NCBI RefSeq assembly: GCF_000142905.1
Contig: NW_013657634.1
Location: forward strand, 240,657-304,656
Source: Thecamonas trahens ATCC 50062
Taxonomy: Eukaryota > Protista > Apusomonadida
Length of the DNA stretch: 64,000 nucleotides
Direction: 5' to 3'
Below, piece by piece: positions 1 to 9,081 of the stretch. A model generated the notes under the pieces. It saw only the letters and a list, made by a program, of their open reading frames with translations. It had not been told where the DNA came from and ran no database searches. The position numbers and the translations under genes are program-made. Position 1 is the stretch's first letter, and every line of letters begins with the position of its first letter.

Positions 1-1
1 C

Positions 2-1918
2 TCACTCTCATACGGCACCTTCCTCTGCGTCGAGTGCTCGGGCCTTCACCGCTCGCTCGGCGTCCAGCTCTCATTCGTCCGCTCGCTCGATCTGGACACA
101 TGGCACCCGTCGCAGCTGCTGCTGATGCACCTCGGCGGCAACGCTGCCGCTTATGCCGCCTTTGCCGCCGCAGGCTGGGACACCGTCTCCTCGGCCTCGG
201 ACGTTCTCCGCGCAAAGTACGAGTCAGACGCGGCCGCAAAGTACCGCGAGCAGCTGCTGGCGCGAGTCCAGGACGCCGTCTCGCGGCTCCTTACACAGTC
301 GAACGCGTCGCTCTTTCCGGCCTGGATCAGCTCCGACGATGACGACGACGGCGATGGTGGTGGTGGCGGCGGCGGCGGCCAGGACGCTGGTTCCACCCCT
401 GACGAGGCGCCCGCCGCCGCCGACGCCTTCAAGCTCGTTGTTCCGCTCCAGGCTCGGGCCCACCAGGTCGCCACCTGGTCACGCGCCGAGGTAGGCCAGT
501 GGCTGGATCTCATTGGGATGGCCCGCTACGCACACGCCTTTCGCGCGCACGCTATCGACGGCTCAATGCTTGCCGAACTTGCGGATCACGAGCTCCTACG
601 CGAGATCGGAGTTGACGTTGTCGGCCACAGGTTCCACGTCCTCCGCGCCATCCGGCTGCTCACCGGCTCGACGCCAGCCTCGGCCGCACCGCCGCCGCCG
701 GATCCGCGGGCCGATGCCGAGTTCCTGGCAGCTGCCACCGCTGCGGCCATGGCACTTGCCTCCCCCCGCAAGGGCAAGGGCAAGAGCAAGAGCAAGAGCA
801 AGGGAAAGGGCAAGAGCAATGACCATGACATGAAGCGGCGACCGCACTCGGGCGAGTTTGTTGAGCCTGGCTACGGCGAGCCGAGCCAGTTGCATCTCAC
901 GCTCACCCCGCGCGGCAAGTCGACGAGCAATGCGGCGCGCCGAGCCTCGGTCGACGTCTCGACCCTCTCGCTGAATAAGCTGATGGAGGGCATGGACTTA
1001 CCGGGATCACCGGCCCAGGCCCGCAACAACAACTCGGGCGTGTCGCTTGCGACTCGTGGGCGAGTCTTTACCGAGTCGGGCGCGTCGCTGACCGGTTCGG
1101 GCGGCAACCAGCCGATGAGTGGCTACCTCTTCAAGCAGGCGTCGTCAGTCTCCAAGGGCTGGCGCAAGCGCTACTTTGTCCTCGACGCCTACGTCCTCTC
1201 GTACTACAAGAACAAGGAGGCAGCCGATGACGGCGACAAGCCCTCGGGCACCATCCCCACCATGGGTCGCGAGGTCAAGCGCGTCCCGCGCAAGGGTCAG
1301 TACGCCTTTGTCCTCTCGCACACCGGGACCCGCGACTACTTTCTCCGCGCGCCCGACGAGGCCGCCATGCACAAGTGGATCACTGCGCTCGTGTGCGAGG
1401 GCATGTGCACCACCGAGGAGGGAGGAACGTCGGACGTCTCGTCGCGCGCGCCGGGCGCTGTGCCCGGTCACTCGCGATCGCGCTCGCCGTCGACAGCCTC
1501 GCGCCGCTCTGACGACGGCGGCGGCGGCGGCCTCACCCCGGTAGTTCTCGATGCCAACGCCGAGCTCGCCGCCGCAGGCCTTGTCGCCTCGGTCGTCCAG
1601 GTCGCCGAGCCGATCGCCGCCCAGGCCGCCGTCGTTGTCATCCGCGACGGTGCGCTCTCCATGATGTCCGGCTCGGAACAGCGCGCCTGTCGCGTCGCGC
1701 TTACTGCCGCCAGGCTCGAGGTCAACTACCTTGACGACAACTCGTCCATCGTCGTCGACCTCGCCGGCGCCTCGGTCACCAAGGGCTCCAAGGCCGCAGG
1801 CAAGGCCTCATCGCGTGCCTTTGTCCTCGCCACACGCGCCGGCTCCTTTGTCTTTGTCGCCTCGTCCAAGGACGAGTGCAAGGCCTGGCTCAGCGAGCTC
1901 ACCGCCGCCCTCGCGTAG
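2..1918 (+). CDS. ArfGAP + SAM + two PH domain protein (5' partial; ADAP/ARAP-like centaurin)
   Basis: The frame is open from base 2 and reads SLSYGTFLCVECSGLHRSLGVQLSFVRSLDLDTW..MHLGGN (ArfGAP zinc-finger second CxxC and catalytic Arg). It continues into ORF 125..1918, with SAM (WSRAEVGQWLDLIGMARYAHAFRAHAIDGSML), PH1 (MSGYLFKQ..GWRKRYFVL..MHKWITAL) and PH2 (RDGALSM..ECKAWLSEL). Confidence 0.88.
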   Translation, partial: SLSYGTFLCVECSGLHRSLGVQLSFVRSLDLDTWHPSQLLLMHLGGNAAAYAAFAAAGWDTVSSASDVLRAKYESDAAAKYREQLLARVQDAVSRLLTQSNASLFPAWISSDDDDDGDGGGGGGGGQDAGSTPDEAPAAADAFKLVVPLQARAHQVATWSRAEVGQWLDLIGMARYAHAFRAHAIDGSMLAELADHELLREIGVDVVGHRFHVLRAIRLLTGSTPASAAPPPPDPRADAEFLAAATAAAMALASPRKGKGKSKSKSKGKGKSNDHDMKRRPHSGEFVEPGYGEPSQLHLTLTPRGKSTSNAARRASVDVSTLSLNKLMEGMDLPGSPAQARNNNSGVSLATRGRVFTESGASLTGSGGNQPMSGYLFKQASSVSKGWRKRYFVLDAYVLSYYKNKEAADDGDKPSGTIPTMGREVKRVPRKGQYAFVLSHTGTRDYFLRAPDEAAMHKWITALVCEGMCTTEEGGTSDVSSRAPGAVPGHSRSRSPSTASRRSDDGGGGGLTPVVLDANAELAAAGLVASVVQVAEPIAAQAAVVVIRDGALSMMSGSEQRACRVALTAARLEVNYLDDNSSIVVDLAGASVTKGSKAAGKASSRAFVLATRAGSFVFVASSKDECKAWLSELTAALA

Positions 1919-1991
1919 CCAGGACCATACCGTGACATATTTATGATGCGTTGCCGCAGTTGCCCCTGCCATTGACCCGACCAACGCACCG

Positions 1992-2078
1992 CACGTGCCG
2001 TCCAGTGACGTGCGATGACGTCTGTGTTGCAACCGTGACGACAGCCGAATATTCGGGAACATTCGCCAGTTCATAAAA
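1992..2078 (+). promoter_or_regulatory. Stress-responsive promoter: heat-shock element, ACGT-core (G-box/CRE-like) sites and a TATA-like box
   Basis: cGAAtaTTCggGAAcaTTCg at 2046-2065 is a perfect 4-unit nGAAn inverted array. CACGTG 1992, TGACGTG 2006, TGACGTC 2016 and GTGACG 2035 lie upstream, and CATAAAA 2072 lies about 90 bp before the LEA-like ATG. Confidence 0.7.
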
Positions 2079-2159
2079 CCCCGCGCTGACAGTCAACAAA
2101 TAGCACCAAGTATTCCCGGCATACACACACACAAGATCATCAACAACAGCATCATCAAC

Positions 2160-2384
2160 ATGGATACCATCAAGCAGACGCTCGGCCTCCAGGAGGAAAA
2201 GTCGCAAGAGGAAAAGGTGAACAACGCCGCTTCCGAGGCGGGTACGGCCGTCAAGGACTTGGCGACCGAGACAGGCAAGCTGGTCAAGGACAAGTCCAAG
2301 GAGGTGGTCGATGGCGTGAGGGAGACCACAGCCCAGGCTGCCGACGAGACTAAGAACGCAGTCCAGCCTAACGACGCCGAGTAA
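2160..2384 (+). CDS. Small hydrophilic LEA-like (group 3-type) stress protein, 74 aa
   Basis: A/E/K/T/D-rich with no W/C/F/Y and 11-mer periodicity (EAGTAVKDLAT/ETGKLVKDKSK/EVVDGVRETTA/QAADETKNAVQ). Strongly GC3-biased codons and an A/C-rich 5' UTR. Confidence 0.72.
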   Translation: MDTIKQTLGLQEEKSQEEKVNNAASEAGTAVKDLATETGKLVKDKSKEVVDGVRETTAQAADETKNAVQPNDAE

Positions 2385-2498
2385 TGGATGAGCATGGGGG
2401 CCTGCGCATGCCGACTGGCTCGACTTGACTCCAGCCACGATAATAACAACACCAAAACCACACCGAGCCACAGTACACACCACACACAGCGATGCCTT

Positions 2499-5400
2499 TT
2501 ACTGGCCAAAGAGCGAGAGCGAGATGGCTGCCTTGTTCTTGGCCTTGCCGCCGCGGCCCTTACGTTTGCCGCGCTTTCCGCTGGAGGTGGCGGCGGCAGC
2601 GACTGCTGCGGCTTGCGCGGCGGCCTGCCGCTCGGCCTGGGCGCGCGCTGCGCCGGCCACTGCTTCGCGGATGGCCGGCATCCGCTCCATCACATCGCGG
2701 AACACTTCGGCGTTGGCTCCGCCCATGGCCTGGACCACCGCAAGCAGCGCGTCGGCAGAGGGGCTTTCCGCCGCCACTTGAAGATAGACCGCCAGGACCG
2801 GAAGCGCACCGGCGAGCATCACGCCCTGCGCCGCAGCGTCAAGAACCCCGCCGCAGTACAGGGTCTGGCAAAGCGCCGCCACAGGGACCGCCAGCGTGGC
2901 CGCGGCTGCAGGACCATCGCTAGTTGGCGCCAGTGCGGTCAGCGCCACCAGGCCGTGCGGGACCAGGACAAGCGAGCACCCGGCGAGCCGCGCGCCGACC
3001 TCGGTACTTGGCCCGACGCTGCATGCGACGGCTGCCAGGCCGGCTGCAACCTCCAGCGCCCGCCCGCCCGCCGCCAATGCCGCAGCATCGCAGCCAGGAA
3101 CACACGCCTTCACCCGCGATACCAGCGCAGTCGTCGCAGACCGGAGCACGCCAGCTTCGGCGTCAGCTACGCCCGCCGCCGCCACCATCAGCGACGGCAG
3201 ACTGTCGAGCAATACTTGAGCTGGCGCCGACGCAACCACAGCTTCCAGCACCCTTGCCACCGCGCCATGGCTCTGAAGTGCTTTGACCATTGTCGGCCAC
3301 GCGCTGGCCAGAGCGGTGGCCACGCCGGGTGATTCCGACGTGTGAAGCACCCGCACCACCAGCGGCGCCTCGTAGCGGGAGGCAAAGAGCGGTGGCGGCA
3401 GCGTTGCGATGAGGTCGGCAACAAGAGCAACCCACGCATCGACCATCGACTGGTCTCCGCCCTCGATCTGCGGAAGAATACCGGCAAAGACAAGCTCACA
3501 GAGTGAGTCAAGGACCGGCGCGGCGCTGTTCGGCGCGTCGGCATCTATCCCTGCCCGTAGCGCAGCCATGTATGCGGGCAGCAAGCGGGTGACAACAAGA
3601 GTGAGGCCGGCGTCACCGCACCGCCTCGACACCACCATGGAGTTGACGCCGACAAGCACGTCGCCGTAGTGCTGAAACTTGGGCAGTGGGCCGAGGCTAA
3701 GCACGCTCGCCAGTGCGCGCAGCGCGTAGCAGATGTCGGCAGGCCTCGACTCACCGTACGCCGAAAAGAGAAAGCCGCCAGCAAGGCCAAGGAGCAGGTC
3801 GGCCGAGTCGCGGTCTTCAGGAAGTAGGCTCTCGGCGTCGTCGTCTTCACGCGAGGCGTGGATGGTGGCCACCACCAGCGAAGCACACGCCCACAGCATC
3901 GGCGCGTGCGGGACCGCCAGCGGCGCAAGGCCCGGCAGCGCCCGGTCCTCCACCGGCGCAGTGTATACCTGCGGCCGGTACTCGGCATGGACCTCATGGG
4001 TGAGCGCAAAGCCGAGGACTGGCGTGTCGCGCAGCGCGCCCAGCCACTGGACGGCGAGCTCGGGCACAAGCGGCTCGAGCACGTCAGCCAGAAGCGGCGA
4101 CAGCGGCGCCGCCGGCGCCTCGAGCGACTGCACGTGCAGGTCGGCAAAAACGCGGAGGACTGCCGACTTGAGCAGCGCCACGGCGAGCGACGAGCAGTGC
4201 GGATACTGCATCGAGAGCGAGTCGAGCTCGCCCTGCAGCCGCACAAGCGGCGCAAGCGTACGCGCCACGTCCTTGGCCACCGGTGCCGCTGCCATGGCCG
4301 GCGACGTCAGATACGCCGCCACCACCGGCGCCGCCGCCACCCCAACTTCGGCACGTCCGCCCTCCTCTTCAAAGCCCGACCGCAGCGCAGACGCAATCTG
4401 CGCCTGCGAGAGCTGCAGCAGGTACATGTCGTCAAACTGGGGATCGCGCACGCCGCCGTACACATCGAGCACCACCGCAAGAAGACCGAAGCCTGCAACC
4501 TTGAGCTCAGGCAGTTGTGAGGTGCAGAGGGAGAACGCCATGCCCACCGCGGGCTCTAGCTGCGCCGGCGGCGGCTGCGGCGCTAGCGCAGACACGGCTG
4601 CGGCAGCCATGCGCGCTACAGCCGCCACTGTTCTCGCTGCGACGACAACAGAGCCCGAGCCGACACCAAGGCCCACTTCGACGCCGTCGCGGCTGACGCC
4701 ATTCGCGCGCTCACCACCGTCCGAGCCCAGCATAGTCTCGCCGTCTTCAGCGTCCATGGCACCAGCACCCGCAGCAGCAGCGCTAGCGCGTGACGGCGTG
4801 CCGGACTCGACGCGCACAAGCTGCGGCAGGGCGACTACGGCCTCGCCCTGGGTAGCGGTGCGGAGGAAGGCGAGCAGCGCCGGCGCGTTATCGGGACTAA
4901 GAACTGCTTCCAACAGCGCCGGCGACGGTCCGGCTTGCACTGTATGCAGTTGGGAAGCGAGGATCACGCTGGCGACAAGGTGCGATGCAGCGTCGACACT
5001 GTCGCTGCCAAGCAGATCGCCCCCCAGCCGCTGCAGCGCCTGCTCGAGTGTCGAGAGTGCGTCGGGTCCAAGGCTCGAGCCTCGTGCCACAATGGGAGCT
5101 GCGCCACCTACTGCCATGCCGCCTACAAGGGCGGCACGGAGCTCGGGTGCCGGCACCGCCCGCGGCGCCATGATGACCACCTGCAGCGCGCCTTTGATCA
5201 GCGGGCGCCATGCAGAGGCCAGCCGACTGGCGGCACCGTCGAGGACGAGGCGGAGTGCTGGCAGAGCGGCGGTGTCGAGCAGCGCTGGGGCTGCTGACGG
5301 TGCGCCCGGCATGGCACATGCGTGGTCGGGAATCGGCAGCCCGCCGACGACCCGGGCTGCGAACGACGCCGGCAAGCTCGCATAGGCCACAACCCGAAGC

Positions 5401-8400
5401 AGGGTCCACGCATCGGCAGCAAAGGCAGTCTCTATGCCCAGCTCCGGGCCAAGGACCTCGGTGGCCGACGCGACGACGCCGGCGAGCGACACCGCAGCGC
5501 ACGGCCGGAGCGACGCGCGGGTGCAAAGCACGGCGCCGACGGCGGGTAGAAGCGTGTCAAGCGCCGAGTGGAGCGCAACCGAGCCGTTGGCGGCGACCAG
5601 CTCGAGACTGGCGGCAGCCCACGAGTGCAGGTGGGTCGAGCCGGCTTGCGCTGCGGCCAGCAGTAACCGAAGGCTCGGCCCAACTAGCGGTGCCGCCTGC
5701 AGCGAGCCAAGCGCCACGTGATGGTAGCCGAGCGCAAGGGCACAGCCGGCGGCATGGACCGAGTTTCCTTCGCGCAGCGCGGCTTCGAGGCTCTCCAGCA
5801 CGCTGCGAGCAAGGGCATCGCTCGAGGCCTCGGGCGCAACAGCAGCGAGCAGGCCGAGAGCGGCGGCGGCGAGCTGGCGGACCAGCGGGACTGGGCTCTT
5901 CAGTAGCGGCAGCAGGGTGGATCTCAGCGCGGCGCCGACCTTGCCGGCGCCGGTCTTGAGCGCGGGCGAGGAGAGGCCGGCGATGAGCGCGGCGAGCAGA
6001 GCGGCGACCACGTTGGCCTGCAGCGCCACAAACTGCGCGTGTCCTGAGGCCGAGAGGTAGCCTGCGTCGTCACCGTCACTTGTCGAGGTACCCGACGCGA
6101 GCGTCGACGCGATGTTGGAGACGAAAGCGCGAGTTCGCGACTTGCCGCGCCCACTGGCGGCCTTTTCGGCGGCGGCGGCTGCAGACGCGGTTGCCTGTCC
6201 CAGCGCCGAGCCAAAGTGGTTGACGAGCTGCAGCTTGTTGCCGGACTTCTGCAAGCCAAAAAGGACACCAAAGAGGGCGACGGCGGAAGTGAGCTGGACC
6301 TGCCGGTCGGTGGCGGTGTAGGCGACAAGGACGCGGGAGACCGGACAAGATCCACAGGCGGCCACAAGCCGGGCCGGGCTGAGGATAGAGTCAAGGAGGT
6401 CGTACGAGGCGTACGGACCGAGAGCGGCGGCAAATGGCGAGAGCCGTGTGCAGCCTGGCAGAAGCGCCGAGCCGCCGAGGACCGGCGCGGCGGCGCCGCC
6501 GTCGATGGCAGCGAGCATTTCCGGCAGCGCGGACGTGACGACGGCCGACGTCGGGAGCGATCCGACAACCGACGCTGCGTGGGTGAGGAGCGGGACAAAG
6601 AGCGGCTTGAGCCGCTTGGCTGGAAGCTGGGCCGCAAGGCTAAGATGTGAGCCCGAGAGCAGCGATGAGGTAGTCGAAGCGTTTGCAGCAAGCGCCGAGG
6701 CGCCGGTCACCAGATCGACAGCCAGGTCCACCGCTGCCGCCGGCGCGGCTGGCGAGGCGAGAACTGCTTGTGTGGCAAAGCAAGCGAGGGCGACGCAGGT
6801 GACGGCCTGTGGCGAGGCAGATTCAGGCCGCAGCGACGACAGGTAGCGAAGCGCAGGCACGGCCTTGTCCCACATCGAAGCCGCAAGGCGCGGAGCGGCG
6901 GTGGCGAGGCCGGCGAGAAGGAGAAGCCCGGCCTGGCAGAGAAGGTCTGCGCCAGGCTGACTCGCGGTTGTCGACGCCGTGTACGGCGAGAGTAGCGCAA
7001 GAGTAACCGAGGCGCCCAGCTCGAGCTCTGGGACGGGCAGCGATGTCTGCGGCGGGTAAGCGACCGACCAGGCGAGGATGGCGTGCGCGGCGGTGGCCGA
7101 GCCAAGGAGCTTGCAGCAGAGAGTCCGCAGCGCAGCGGCCTCACCACCAGAAAAACCGAGAGCTGCGCGTGGGCCTGCTGCAGGCTCTGGACTTGGCTCG
7201 CAAAGAGAGTCGACGAGAGCGGGAGGGCGGAGCAGGCAGTTGCGGCGCGGGCGAGGGCAACCGCTGCGGTCGATCGGAGGTGCAGATTGGAGGCGGCAAG
7301 GAAGCGGTCGGCCGCGAGCGTGTCTGTGGCGCGTGTGGCAAGTGCCGGCGGCATGTTGTCCGACACCGCGTACGCGTCCAGGGCAGCGACAACGACGTCG
7401 AGCACGAGCGCGGTGGTGAGCGGAAGCGCAAGCAGCGGGTGGCTGCCATCATCGAGGATGTCGAGGAGCGTAGCAAAGAGCGCGTCGAGCGGCTGGAGAC
7501 GGAGGACCAGCGGCTGGACAAAGCCGAGAGCGAGCGCGGGGCTGAGGATGCTGACGGCTGCGGCGGCGTGATGCGGCGGCGCCGAGGCACCCACCAGTGC
7601 CTTGAGCCACGACGCAGCGGCGCGGAGAAAGGGAGCAAAGGCGACCGCGCGAGCCGGGACCGAGAGGCGACCAGCCAGTGCGGCGAGCGTGGCAGCACAG
7701 ACGGAGCGACCGACGGCCGAGCCCTTGACAAAGACAGAGGCCAGCGGCGAGAGGACCGACGCCAGTGCTGCTGCTGCGGCCTCGAGTGGCAGCGCCAGCA
7801 GAGCAGCCGGCAATGAGCCGGCAGCGTCGTTCGGTAGCGCGGCCTGATCGGCGTTGGGGGCGAGCGAGACGGCGGCGGCCGGGAATGCGACCGTCCGCGC
7901 GTACAGATCGAGCATGGCAGCAGTGGCGGCGGCAAGCGAGGTGATGGCGTCGTCGGTCTCTTCGAGCAAGGCCTCAACCGGCATCAGGCCGGCCACCATC
8001 TTGAGCAGGGCCTGGAAGGCTGGCTCGAGGTCCTTGAACCCACTCGGCCCGGCGGTAGCGAGGCTCAGCACGAGGTGGCCGAGCGCGGCGTGCATCTGCG
8101 GCGAGGAGATCTTGAGAGCAAAGAGGGCCTTGAGCGGCTTGGCCACTTCCGATGAGGCAGCCGAGGGGCCGCGCGAGCCGGCAGCAGTCAGAGCAGCCGC
8201 GAGAGCGGTGACGACCTTGACACGGGTGGTGAGCGGGGTGGCGGTAGCGCGAGCGAGCTTGAGCAGCCGCGAGATGAGATCAGGAAGCACAGGCGTAGCA
8301 AAGGCAGCGAGAGCACAAAGGAGCAGAGCCAGCGAGTCCAGAGCAGCGTTGGCACCTTCGATGGCAGGCTTGTCGGCCAGCTTGGCCTTGACAGGCGTCA

Positions 8401-8710
8401 TGAGCGATTGGAGCAAGTCCGCCAGGGCAGCAAGCGAGCCCTTTTCCAGCGAAGCCGCCATGACAGCCACGGCAGCCTCTCGTGCCATAGGCGAGAGCGA
8501 GGGCGCAGTGAGCAAAGGAAGGACAACCGAGTCGACCGAGTCCTGCACAGCTCTGTAAGCCTCCGATGACATGTCGGGAATGACCGTGTGGGCGAGGCTG
8601 ACCAGGGCGGCCAGTCCAGCCGGACAGAGACAGGGGGCGCCGGGAGTGTTGGCGGCAGTGGTGGTGGCCGACTGGAGGACATGTACGCACCTCTCCACAC
8701 TGTTGGCCAT
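2499..8710 (-). CDS. HEATR5: HEAT repeat-containing protein 5 (HEATR5/Laa1/SWEETIE; AP-1 accessory), one apparent frameshift at ~7151-7155
   Basis: ATG at 8710 (MANSVERC). Two long Ala/Leu-rich helical ORFs join if the T5 run is T6. Family motifs recalled for HEATR5: NKLQLVNHF, LQANVVAALLAAL, DPQFDDMYLLQLSQAQIASALRSGF. Confidence 0.8.
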
Positions 8711-9001
8711 GGTGGTTGGTGGTGGTGGTTGGTGGTTGGTGGTGGTGGTGGTGGTGGTTGGTGGTTGGTGGTGGTGGTGGTGGTGGTGGGGGTGAAGTGG
8801 TGGAGGGGAGTGAGTGCCACGTCGGTCGGCTGGCGGGTGGGCTGGTGGAGGGGGATGATGGGGATGGTGGAGGGGGATGATGGGGATGGTGGAGGGGGAT
8901 GATGGGGATGGTGGTGTGAGCCCATGTTGGGTGACGACAACAACTTGAGACCACAGACAGTCCCTCCCCACTCGACACGCGCCACACACTCCACTCCACT
9001 T

Positions 9002-9069
9002 GACAGAGGGTCAGACGGAGGGTCAGACGGAGGGTCAGACAGAGGGTCAGACAGAGGGTCAGACAGAGG
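9002..9069 (+). repeat. 12-bp tandem repeat GACRGAGGGTCA, ~5.7 copies, just upstream of NFXL1
   Basis: Read directly from the sequence. Confidence 0.9.
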
Positions 9070-9081
9070 CCTGTGACGGAC

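Noticed and set aside
8711-8915. (GGT)n, (GT)n and poly-G tracts as telomeric or special elements
   Set aside because: Simple low-complexity UTR, promoter and intron sequence found beside most genes here; no TTAGGG-type arrays.
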